DNA of 64,000 nt from the NCBI GenBank assembly GCA_038998335.1, contig JAVZHQ010000001.1, positions 704,001 through 768,000 on the forward strand. Direction: 5' to 3'. A model generated the notes under the pieces. The model was given only the letters and a program-made list of their open reading frames with translations, searched no databases and was not told where the DNA came from. The position numbers and the translations under genes are program-made. This stretch comes from Candidatus Aenigmatarchaeota archaeon. GTDB lineage: Archaea; Aenigmatarchaeota; Aenigmatarchaeia; CG10238-14; SCSR01. Positions 1 to 9,600 of the stretch are shown one piece after another; the first letter of the stretch is position 1, and every line of letters starts with the position of its first letter.

Positions 1-26
1 GTTTGTATAGATTTTAAGGTAGTTTG

Positions 27-779
27 ATGGTAGTTTGTGTAATTCATGCAGGTGGAAAAGGAGAAAGACTTTTACCTTTAACTTTAACAACACCAAAACC
101 TTTGATAGAAATTGGTCTAGAGAAAAAACCTTTGATTTACTGGAGCATGCTTCCTGCCATAAGCTATGGAATAAAAAAGTTTGTTATAACAACGAATTAC
201 TTAAGCGAGAAAATTGAAGAGTATTTTAAGAGAGAAGAATGGAAGGATTTTGAAATAGTAATTTATAGAGAAAAAGAAAAATTAGGAAGTGCAGGAGCAA
301 CAAAGTATTGCATAGAAGAAGGAATCCTAGACAAAAAAGAAACTGTTCTTATGCAAAATGCTTCTGACATAACAAGAAATTTTATAGCAGAACTTCTTAA
401 ATATCACAAAAAACAGGAAGAAAAAGGTTTCGAGTTAACAATAGTATGCGCTGAAAGATGCGTGATACCTTCCAGCAAAGTAGAATATAATATAAAAACA
501 GGAAAAGCTTTAAGCTTGAAAAGAAAGCCAATTCATGTTTGGGATAAGGGAAGTGCAAGCCATACAGGAAGTTTTGTTTTTAGCCCAAAAGCTTTAGGAA
601 AGTTTGAGAACGTTAAAATACCTTCAAACCCTGAGGATAGTGTTGTTCAAGATTTGATAGAAGAAGGGAAAGCTTGTGTTTATGTTACTGATACATGGAT
701 ACCGATAAAATATTATTCAGATATAGAAGAAGCAAATAAAATTGATTTAAGAGAATTTATACTTGGAAGGCAGGGGTAG
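27..779 (+). CDS. sugar-phosphate nucleotidyltransferase (NTP_transferase family)
   Basis: N-terminal HAGGKGERLxPLT..PKPL signature and later EKLGSAG; ATG at 27. Confidence 0.85.
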   Translation: MVVCVIHAGGKGERLLPLTLTTPKPLIEIGLEKKPLIYWSMLPAISYGIKKFVITTNYLSEKIEEYFKREEWKDFEIVIYREKEKLGSAGATKYCIEEGILDKKETVLMQNASDITRNFIAELLKYHKKQEEKGFELTIVCAERCVIPSSKVEYNIKTGKALSLKRKPIHVWDKGSASHTGSFVFSPKALGKFENVKIPSNPEDSVVQDLIEEGKACVYVTDTWIPIKYYSDIEEANKIDLREFILGRQG

Positions 780-855
780 CCAAGTCTGGTCAAAGGCGCA
801 GGCTTCAGGAGCCTGTGGCTTAGTGCCTTCCTGGGTTCAAATCCCAGCCCCTGCA
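770..855 (+). tRNA. tRNA-Leu(CAG)
   Basis: GCAGGGG/CCCCTGC acceptor stem, CAGGC/GCCTG anticodon stem with loop TT-CAG-GA, long variable arm, CTGGG-TTCAAAT-CCCAG T arm; CCA not encoded. Confidence 0.95.
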
Positions 856-924
856 CTAATTTAATTTAAAAGAGTTAAGATTATGATCATGCACCAAAGA
901 TTAAGAAAGTTTTAAAAAGTAGCT

Positions 925-1425
925 CTAGATTAAATCGACCATATAGTCATATTTGTACTCTTCTATGATTGAAGATGTTTCGTAATCCTTAATTATTCCA
1001 GGAAACTTCTTCCTAATTTCACTTATTATTTCATCGAAATGTTTGAGATTTTTAGCAGCGATGTTTATTATGAAATCCCATTTTCCTGTAGTTTTTGCTA
1101 CATACACTATATTTGGGTGTGTAATTAAAAATGAAATAAAGGATTTTTCAAGTTCTTCGGTCAGGTTAGAAAGAGTTATATTAACGAAGGCATACACAGG
1201 ATAACCTAAAATTAAGGGATTTAAAACAGTATGAAAAAATCTTATTACTTTAAGTTTTTCCATTCTTCTAATCCTGTATAAGATTGTATCTCTTTGGATA
1301 CCAGTCTTTAAGGAAATATCACTAATTGGAAGCCTTGCATTCTTGTCCAATACTTTTAATATTTTTTTATCCTTTTCGTCAAGCTTAACCACTCTACCGG
1401 GTTCTGTTAAGTAATCTTTTTGCAT
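925..1425 (-). CDS. Lrp/AsnC family transcriptional regulator
   Basis: LDEKDKKIL..L.KNAR HTH, LGY linker, TTGKWDF RAM-domain motif. Confidence 0.9.
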   Translation of the reverse strand: MQKDYLTEPGRVVKLDEKDKKILKVLDKNARLPISDISLKTGIQRDTILYRIRRMEKLKVIRFFHTVLNPLILGYPVYAFVNITLSNLTEELEKSFISFLITHPNIVYVAKTTGKWDFIINIAAKNLKHFDEIISEIRKKFPGIIKDYETSSIIEEYKYDYMVDLI

Positions 1426-1530
1426 ATTTTCTTATTTAAAAAAATAAATTGATAAATATTTCGTTTTATAAGAAAAAATTTTTAGAAAAATTTATTAATT
1501 AAAAAAATGCTTTTTTAAAAGGCGAATAAC

Positions 1531-1917
1531 ATGAGCAGAAGAAGAGAAAGAATAAGATTATCTTCAGGTGTAGAATGGTATTTAGAAGAAAACAGTACTC
1601 GAAGAGAAAACTGTCTAGCCATTTTAGCACGCAGAACGGAAAACTGTTTGTTTGAATTAACACCAGCTACTATTTGGGAAGAGTTAATGAAGAATAGCAA
1701 GTATGCTAATGTTTATAATCTCTCAAGCAGACCAATTGAAAATGAAGAAAGCGTAGCCTATATGCTATTTGACCTACCTCCAGAATTTTCTAGGCAGTTG
1801 CTTCAAAGATATAGAAAAAAAGGATACTTGGAAAGAAAAGATGTAGAAGAAGTATACAATTCTGTTTGTAAATCCCAACACAAAAAAGTCTTCTTTAAAA
1901 ATTCAGAAATCGTTTAG
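1531..1917 (+). CDS. hypothetical protein
   Basis: 128-aa ORF with ATG, divergent from the Lrp gene; no recognisable motif. Confidence 0.6.
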   Translation: MSRRRERIRLSSGVEWYLEENSTRRENCLAILARRTENCLFELTPATIWEELMKNSKYANVYNLSSRPIENEESVAYMLFDLPPEFSRQLLQRYRKKGYLERKDVEEVYNSVCKSQHKKVFFKNSEIV

Positions 1918-2168
1918 AGTTAGCTTGTTATCTAATACTGGAGCGCTGAAAAGATGAGTTCAGAAACATGTTCATATCTAAATTTATTTAAAAGCTGTAA
2001 TTTCCTTTATTAAATTTAAACTTTATCCGAAAACTTTAAAAGAAAGAAACCAGCACAACTTCCTTAAAAACTTATCGGTTAATTTTATATTCTCGATTTT
2101 TTATGCTGTTAATAATAGATGATTCCTTTGATTTAAAAGGATGAAAAAAATCCTTAGGAGGCGAAAAA

Positions 2169-2228
2169 ATGCCAAAGAAAAAGAAGGAAGAACCAAAACC
2201 TGAGGAGCAAACAACTCCTCCTGCCTAA
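2169..2228 (+). CDS. candidate 19-aa small protein MPKKKKEEPKPEEQTTPPA
   Basis: GGAGG at 2157-2161, 7 nt before ATG; stop TAA embedded in a hairpin followed by a T tract. Confidence 0.4.
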   Translation: MPKKKKEEPKPEEQTTPPA

Positions 2229-2260
2229 GTTATAGGCAGCCTTTTTTTCTTTTTTATTTT
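2221..2260 (+). terminator. hairpin plus oligo-T terminator-like element
   Basis: CTGCCTA-agtta-TAGGCAG perfect 7-bp stem followed by CCTTTTTTTCTTTTTT. Confidence 0.55.
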
Positions 2261-2280
2261 TTTAAAACCAATATCATATA

Positions 2281-3465
2281 ATGTTAGACATTTACCAAGC
2301 TTCCATGATAATTTTTTTTGTTATACTTGCGATTTGGGCATACTTTGACAGGAAGAATATTGAGTTTAAGTATATAATTCTTCTTAGAAAAACCAAGAAA
2401 GGGTTAAAAATTTTGGACAAGATTGCTAGTTTTAAAAGATTCTGGAAGGTTGTTGGAGCAATAGCAATAGTTTCTTGCTTTTTAATGATGGTTGATGGAC
2501 TAAGAGGTATTGTTATAGCATCTTTTATGATAATTTCTGGGCAAATAAAGGAATCCCTAGGAGGTTTAGTTTTACCAGTTCCAAGTGCTACTCCTGTTTT
2601 TGGCCCAGGCTTCATAGGTTTGCCTTTTCTTTTCTGGATAATTATTTTGCCAACAATTTTATTCCCTCACGAGATTGCCCATGGAATAATGTGCAGGCTT
2701 GAGAAAATTAAGATAAAGTCTATGGGAGTAATATTGCTTCTTGTTTTACCAGGAGCTTTTGTTGAACCTGATGAAGATGAAATAAAAAAATCAAGGCTTA
2801 TAACCAAGCTAAGAATATTTAGTGCAGGAAGTTTTGCAAACCTTTTAGTTGCTTGCTTAATTTTTACTCCTTTTTTTGGAATTGGATTACTTCCAAATCT
2901 TATCTGGTCTAATATAGCTACAGGCTACTTAAAAATAACTGAGGTTAATTCAACTTCACCTGCTGGAAGGGCTGGTTTAGAATCAGGAATGATAATAACA
3001 GAAATTAACGGGAATAAAGTGGAAATAAGTTATCTTGATTTTCTATCAGCTAACTATTTGACAAAATATATCAAAAAAATAAAAGCTGGGGATACGATAA
3101 ACATTACTGCCAACGGAAAGTTATACGAAATTCCTGTAGAAGAAATAAAAATAAACAATGTAACAAGACTTTTTATAGGAATTAATAATGAAAATGTTTT
3201 GCCTGATCCAAAATGCGATGAAGCAACTTTTTACTTTGTTTCTAACCTTTTTACCTGGATGTGGATCTTAAATTATGCTGTTGCTGTTTTCAACATTTTA
3301 CCGGTTTATCCTTTGGATGGTGGCTTAATTCTTAAGTCATTAACTGAGAAAATTTCAAAAAAATATTCAGACCAAATCGTAATCTCAATCACAACATTAG
3401 TTTCCCTACTTGTTTTATTCACGATAATAGGTCCTTACATCATGAGAGTACTTCAGTTTTTCTAA
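2281..3465 (+). CDS. site-2 protease (peptidase M50) with PDZ domain
   Basis: HEIAH zinc motif, GAFVEPD, SPAGRAGL PDZ, NILPVYPLDGG. Confidence 0.92.
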   Translation: MLDIYQASMIIFFVILAIWAYFDRKNIEFKYIILLRKTKKGLKILDKIASFKRFWKVVGAIAIVSCFLMMVDGLRGIVIASFMIISGQIKESLGGLVLPVPSATPVFGPGFIGLPFLFWIIILPTILFPHEIAHGIMCRLEKIKIKSMGVILLLVLPGAFVEPDEDEIKKSRLITKLRIFSAGSFANLLVACLIFTPFFGIGLLPNLIWSNIATGYLKITEVNSTSPAGRAGLESGMIITEINGNKVEISYLDFLSANYLTKYIKKIKAGDTINITANGKLYEIPVEEIKINNVTRLFIGINNENVLPDPKCDEATFYFVSNLFTWMWILNYAVAVFNILPVYPLDGGLILKSLTEKISKKYSDQIVISITTLVSLLVLFTIIGPYIMRVLQFF

Positions 3466-4003
3466 CCTCAAAATTCCTTATAGGATAAACTTTTCTTGCT
3501 TCCTGCATAACTCTGTTTTTTATTGAATTGTCTATGAGCTTTTTAACAAATTCAGAAATCTTTGATTTTTCCACTTCTTCTTTTATTATCTCACTGATCT
3601 TCTTTCTCATAAACTTTTTTGTCTTGCTGTTTATTTTCCTTGAAACTATGGCTAAACCTTTTACCCTTATTTTAACTCCATCGCTAGTGGTTAAGTCTTG
3701 AATTGTATCTATCCTCCTTATTTTCCTCAATACAAGCCTTGAAATGTAATCGCGCAAACATTCAGAACCGTCAAAATCGGCAAAAGCCTTTTCTCCTTCA
3801 ACCCTTTTTATCTTGAAAGTAAACTTCATATAATATTTTGACAAATCGTTTGTTAGCTCGACTAAATTGATTGTTATTCTTCTCCCTATCAAAGAATTTG
3901 GCTCTTCTGCTAAAGTTTTCCCTATTTCCTTATTTTCTAGGTAATCAGGAGCTATTACTGCAAACCAATGCTTTGCCTTAGCTTTTTTCACCAAGCGCTT
4001 CAC
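3440..4003 (-). CDS. rps3ae: 30S ribosomal protein S3Ae (eS1)
   Basis: W..V.AP..., LIGR.I...L.ELT.D, DYISRLV, C-terminal VYPIRNFEVRK.E; in the rps15-recJ-rps3ae cluster. Confidence 0.92.
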   Translation of the reverse strand: MKRLVKKAKAKHWFAVIAPDYLENKEIGKTLAEEPNSLIGRRITINLVELTNDLSKYYMKFTFKIKRVEGEKAFADFDGSECLRDYISRLVLRKIRRIDTIQDLTTSDGVKIRVKGLAIVSRKINSKTKKFMRKKISEIIKEEVEKSKISEFVKKLIDNSIKNRVMQEARKVYPIRNFEVRKTEVLS

Positions 4004-5342
4004 CCAATAACTTTTCTATTGTTTCTATAAATTTTTCTTCTTTTCCCTTTGGTATTATTCCACCTGCTGCTTTTTGATGGCCTCCACCTTCTCCCTCAAG
4101 CTGTGAAGTCGAAACTCTAATAATTTCTTTAAGGTTTATCGAGTTAAAAAGCTTCGGTATTCTTGCCGAAATTTTTACTTCATCATCAGAGTAAGCTAAA
4201 CCAAACAATGGCTTGCTATCTACTAAGGAAGAATTTAAAAGTATTGAAGTTATTGTTCCTATGAGAGTGTCTGGGATTTTATCTTTTGCTATCAAAAAGT
4301 TTGCGTGCTTTTTCTTGATTATAGGGTTTTCTTCCTTTATCCAAGCTAAAATCCTGCTTATTTCTTTTCTGTATTCTTCGAATATTTTCAAGGCTTCTTC
4401 TAAGGCTTCTTTATTTCTTAAACAAACTTTTATCGCTATATCTGTTCTTCCTAGCCTTCCGCAAGCGTTTATTAAAGTTGCAAACTCTCTTGCGTCTTGA
4501 ATTTCTTCAGGCCTTTCAACCAAAGTGTAAATATCGCCAAAAATGTCTTCCGCGTTTTCAAGTTTAAACCTTTCGGCTATTAAAGCAGAAGCAAGCTTTC
4601 TTTGCTCTTCCATGCTTAAATCTTTAAGCTTTCTCCATTTTCCGTTTTCTTTCAAAGGAATCCCTATTTCAGACAAAAGTTGAACTGCATTGGATTCTGA
4701 GCCACTTATTCCTGGGATGTAAGGATCAAAGGAAAGTTCTAAGGCTTTGTGAATAGCTCTTGTGTTTCTTCCGTAAAGTCTTAAACCTTTTGTTATTCTT
4801 ACTTTCCCAAGGTTTTCCGCTTCTTCTAAAACTTTTTTTGCTAAACCTTTAAGCTCCCATTTTTCATCAATCATATCACCAATTGCTCCAACTATAGCTA
4901 AATCTATAAGCTCAGAATTTCTTATATCAAAAAATTTCGCAAAGAAATAACAAACTATTGATGTTGACACTTCTTCTTCTCCAAAAAGAATTGGGTTTAA
5001 ATGATAAAGGTTAAAATGAGAAAAATCTTTTGGTTGATGATGATCTATAACAAAAACTTGAGTTTTTTCCAAAAATTTTTTTAACAAGTCAAGCTGCCCG
5101 CTACCCAAATCAAGAAAAAGCAAAATTGTTTTCTCATCAAAATCAAGTTTTTCAACTTCCTTTGCAGTAAGCTGCTTGATTATTCTTAAAATAAAGTTTT
5201 TATTTTCTCTTAGAAGCATTTTAGCTATAATCGAAGCAGAAGTTAAGCCATCGCAATCAAAATGAGAAATTATAGCTACACTTTTCTCTTTTATCATCCC
5301 TTTAAAAACTTTAGAAAACCTCTCAACATTTTCTAAAAACAA
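3978..5342 (-). CDS. RecJ-like DHH/DHHA1 phosphoesterase (archaeal ssDNA exonuclease family)
   Basis: SHFDCDG, DLGSG, IDHH, GAIGD, GGGHQKAAG motifs. Confidence 0.9.
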   Translation of the reverse strand: MFLENVERFSKVFKGMIKEKSVAIISHFDCDGLTSASIIAKMLLRENKNFILRIIKQLTAKEVEKLDFDEKTILLFLDLGSGQLDLLKKFLEKTQVFVIDHHQPKDFSHFNLYHLNPILFGEEEVSTSIVCYFFAKFFDIRNSELIDLAIVGAIGDMIDEKWELKGLAKKVLEEAENLGKVRITKGLRLYGRNTRAIHKALELSFDPYIPGISGSESNAVQLLSEIGIPLKENGKWRKLKDLSMEEQRKLASALIAERFKLENAEDIFGDIYTLVERPEEIQDAREFATLINACGRLGRTDIAIKVCLRNKEALEEALKIFEEYRKEISRILAWIKEENPIIKKKHANFLIAKDKIPDTLIGTITSILLNSSLVDSKPLFGLAYSDDEVKISARIPKLFNSINLKEIIRVSTSQLEGEGGGHQKAAGGIIPKGKEEKFIETIEKLLGEALGEKS

Positions 5343-5346
5343 GCGA

Positions 5347-5772
5347 TCACTTCTGCACCAAAAGCTTTGCTTCTTCCGGAGAATACTTCCAATCTTTTGG
5401 CAAAATTCCTTTTCTTATGTAATACTTTGCTAACTTTCTTATTCTTGATTCTAAAAGTTGCAAACCTCTTAAAGAATGTTTATCAGCTTTATTCTTTTCT
5501 AAATGCTCTCTAAGTTTTACTGCCCTTCTAAAAAGACTTAGTAAATCTTCTGGATAAGAAGGATAAAGCTTATGCTCTTTCATTATTTGCGTTATGCTTT
5601 TTCCTGTTATTGCTTTAACGTCAGGAATTCCGTACTGATCTCTTAAGATTAATCCTATTTTTGCAGAGGTGTTTCCTTCCTTAGCCAATTTTACTACCAA
5701 TTCTTCAACTTCCTCTTTCTTAAGCTTGACCCATTTTGGAACAAATCTTATTGGTAAGCGTTTAGAAGCCAT
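5347..5772 (-). CDS. rps15: 30S ribosomal protein S15 (uS15/S13e)
   Basis: [39 protein letters not shown]. Confidence 0.95.
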   Translation of the reverse strand: MASKRLPIRFVPKWVKLKKEEVEELVVKLAKEGNTSAKIGLILRDQYGIPDVKAITGKSITQIMKEHKLYPSYPEDLLSLFRRAVKLREHLEKNKADKHSLRGLQLLESRIRKLAKYYIRKGILPKDWKYSPEEAKLLVQK

Positions 5773-5777
5773 ATAAA

Positions 5778-6017
5778 TCACTTAAAGACCCAGATAAAAA
5801 TCAAAGTCACTGTTGAGAGAAAACTTAAAGAAGCTCCTACCATAGCTAAAATCGCAGGAAAACCTTGAGGTGAAACTATTGTTAAGCCTATGCCTAAGCT
5901 AAAGAAAATTGCTCCTAAAAATATCAACAATATCGAAATGTTTTCTGCAGTTTCAATTCTATTCTTTCCCTTTATTTTTTCTTTCCATATATCTTGCACG
6001 CCTTTCAATTTCTTCAA
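5778..6017 (-). CDS. small two-TM hypothetical membrane protein
   Basis: two hydrophobic segments; fills the gap between bud32 and rps15; start uncertain (overlaps bud32). Confidence 0.6.
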   Translation of the reverse strand: MKKLKGVQDIWKEKIKGKNRIETAENISILLIFLGAIFFSLGIGLTIVSPQGFPAILAMVGASLSFLSTVTLIFIWVFK

Positions 6018-6600
6018 CCTTCCTCAAAACTTTTTCTGCATCCTTATATTCTTTTTTATAACCTTTAACTATATTATTCCAGCAAAGCTTTAAAACTTTA
6101 AAATGAGCTGATTTTATAGCTTCATAAAGCAAGTTTAGATCAACACCAAAATCTTCTATTCTTTTTGAAAAATCTCCTAGGCTAAAATCTAAAAAATAAA
6201 TTTTATCGTCTTTTAAAATCATGTTGCTTGTTGTTAAATCGCCATGAACGATTCCAGAAGAATGAAGCTTTCCTATTAATTTACCGAGCTCAAAGCAAAC
6301 TTTTTCTATTTCTTCTTTTTTTGCTGAGTTTAAAAACTCTTTAAGCCTTATTCCTTCTATAAATTCCATTATTATCTTATGATTTTTCTCGTCAACAAAA
6401 AGAACTTGTGGAGTTGCTATTCCTATGCTTCTTGCTTCTCTCAAAAGACTGACTTCTTTTCTTGTCCTCACTTTTCTCAATTTTGTATCTATTTCTTCAA
6501 TTCTGTATTTTTTCTCTATTCTTTCCTTGACTAAAACCTTCTTTCCTTCAAAATAATCAAGATAAAGAATTGCCTCTGCTCCTCTGTAGATAATTTCCAT
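5959..6600 (-). CDS. bud32: KEOPS complex kinase/ATPase Bud32
   Basis: RGAEA, K.R..K.YR, HGDLTTSNM, DFSLG, EDFGVDL. Confidence 0.95.
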   Translation of the reverse strand: MEIIYRGAEAILYLDYFEGKKVLVKERIEKKYRIEEIDTKLRKVRTRKEVSLLREARSIGIATPQVLFVDEKNHKIIMEFIEGIRLKEFLNSAKKEEIEKVCFELGKLIGKLHSSGIVHGDLTTSNMILKDDKIYFLDFSLGDFSKRIEDFGVDLNLLYEAIKSAHFKVLKLCWNNIVKGYKKEYKDAEKVLRKVEEIERRARYMERKNKGKE

Positions 6601-6609
6601 AGAATCAGC

Positions 6610-9600
6610 TTAAGGGTCTTTTAAACCATTTTCTGTAATCTTAAAAACACATTCTCCTTCTGGTAAATCAGGAGCATCTACTAATCTAGCAATTCTTGCC
6701 CCTTCTTTTCCTCTTCTCAAGTAAATTCTATAAGTTGAGTTATGAACTAAATAACCGTTTGCCAAGAAGTTTGCGCAATCTGTTTCTATATCTATTAATT
6801 TTTCATTGTTTTGCAACTTTTTTATCGAGTAAATTTTTTCGAAGTTTAAGCCTAATAAACTACCAAAGATTTTGTTCACTTCTTCATACTTCTTACACAA
6901 TTCTTCAAGCTCAGGATAGCTAACGTTATTTTCTAAATGCTTGAAATCATAGCTTATTCCAATTTCTTTAAGTAGTTGCATGAGCTTTTTCCTTTTCAAA
7001 GGAATTTTTTCTTCTTTTCTTAGCTTTCTATCTTCAAGCTTTTTGTTTTTTCTAGAAGATGTGAAACCAATCTCTTTAAACTTGTTTGGATTAACCATCA
7101 ACCTATAATATATTCCATGCTTATTTCGAACTATAGAGATAGTTGAATGAATACCAAGTCTTAATAGCAAAAGTTTAACGAAAACAAGGAAATCCTTATC
7201 TTTCATCGTTAAGTTAGCCATGCTGTTTATGCTTCCTTCTGCGTCAAACAAACCTTTAACAAAAGCTTTAATTACGCTTTTTCTTTCAAAGAACAACTCA
7301 TAAATATTCTCAATTAGAAACTTGAAAACATTAGCTACATACTTGTTTGCAAACTTGAGCTCAAAACAATTTTTATTCTTAACCTTTGAAATTTTTGGTT
7401 CTACGTTAAAAACACTTTTGAACAAGCTAGCATAAAACTCTAGAACTTCCTTATTTTCATCTTTTATTTGGATAGAATTGTTATAAAAGTCCTTAGAACC
7501 ATCGCCGACAAAATATCCTAAAATCTGAGCTAGCTCTTCTGTCAGCTCTCTAACTTCTTTAACATCCTTATGCTTAACTGTTTCTTTAACTTCATACTCA
7601 ATTTTTCCTATAAACCTTTCGATTCTTCTTATAATCTTTAAGGAAGTTGGAAGTGAAGAGTTTAAAATTCCTCTAAGATGTCTAGCTCCTATTCCTAAAA
7701 AGTTTTTGCATTCAGCATTATGCTTAATTGAGAAGATTTGTTGAAGTCTTTTTTTAACTTTCTCTGGGTTTTTGATTACGTATACCTTTTCTGGATTAAA
7801 CTTCTTTATCTTAAGCTTTTTCTCAGGAACATCGATTAATTTTGGAAGAATAAGATAATCTCCAGTTTTTAAATCCTTACTTTTAACTTCTTTAAAACCT
7901 TCTTCTGTAAAGATAAAAACAGTATGGTCTGGTGAAACTCGAAGGTTATGATTAATTTCTAATATTGTTGGCCTTTCAGTTTCAACTTTTTCCACAACTT
8001 TATAAAATCTAAAACCATCTTTATAACCAAGTATATTCATAGGATTATGAACATCTTTTATCTTCTTCATTCCTTCGTTTGTTACTATTAAAGAGTTAGA
8101 ATCCACACAAAGATGCCCAAGCACATGACCCCCTACAGGAGCTGTTGGGTCGCCAAATAAAACATCAGGCCTTGCCATTACCTGATTGGTAATATAAACT
8201 GCTAAATTGTAAGCATCAGCAAGCTTTTGTAAATGATGCAAATGTTTGTTTAATTTTTGCTGTCTTTCAGCAAGCTCTCCTCTTCCTATGAATTCTGCTC
8301 TGAAATGAGAAGTAAGAGAATTATGAACCAAAAAACCGTTAGCTACATAACACTCATAGCCTGGTACTGTCATATCATAAACAAAAGTTGGTAGTTTTTT
8401 CAGTTCTTTTACTTTTTTTATCTTGAAAAAACCTAAGTTAGAGTTAACTATTTTCTTCAAGAATTCTAATTCTTTACAACTTCCAATTTTTTCAAAATTC
8501 TCTATAAGTTTTTTGAGAGTAGGTCTTTGTGGATAGTAGAATTTTCTGTAGGTTGAAAGCCCAAAACCAAATTTATTTTGAACCGTATAAACTGAAACTC
8601 CAAGTTTTTTTGCTATAACTTCTATTACATCCATAGAAATAGGAATAGGATCTTTGTGTAAGAATTTCTTATTTAAGAATTCAACCATTTTATTGAGCTT
8701 AGCGAGCTTCTTTTTGTGATTAAAACTAATGAATTTTTGAAAATTCATTATACTTTGACAATCTATTATTCTAATTTCATAAGTTTTTCCCCAACGATTC
8801 TTACAGGTCTTAATTTCTGTACTTTCTATACCAAACCTTAATAATGCATACTTTACTTGTTCTACTAATTTTTTACTTGCAGAAGCAAATATGATATGAT
8901 GGATTCTGGCCTTTCTGGTAATTTTTTCCTTCCCTCTTCTGAAAATGGTATTATAAGGCTTTCCAAAATATACCGAACCTTCTGCATCAAATAAACCTCT
9001 CAAAAAGGCTCCTAATTCTTCATCAGTAGAAGTTAGAATTTCCTTTGGAATTTCTTTTTCTTTTGAACTTTTTCTTAAACCCAAACTCGTAAGAAATTCT
9101 ATAAGTTTAACAGAATTTATATCGAAATAATAACAATTTTTGTTCTTAGCTCTTTTAATAGGCCTTGGAGAGAAAGAAAGTTTTCTAGCCAGAAAATGGT
9201 AATATTTTAAGAGTGTTTTGTTACTGTCCCAAAAATCTATCTTATTCCTACTTATCCCACCATCTCCCAAGAAATAACCTATAAACTCTAGCCATTCCTT
9301 CCCCAAAAATTTTTTCCCTTTAACCTCTAATTTTTTAATTCCAACAACATAATCTCCTCTTTTTAACTCTTTAGCAAATTTCTCTTTTATCCCATCTTCA
9401 TCTAAAACAAAAAACCTATGGTTTGGTGTAACTTTAATCTTTCTCGTACCAACATCTATTTCTACCATCTTTTCAGGTAGCTTCTTGTATAAAGCTGAAA
9501 CAAAAGCTGGTTCTTGAGAAAAATTGTTTAGGTCAACTGATAATAACGGATTTTCTGACATGACTTGTATTGGTTTAACGATATGACCATTAGCTGTTAT

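Noticed and set aside
770-2280. Integrated element at tRNA-Leu
   Set aside because: No integrase and no repeat of the tRNA 3' end seen in the window
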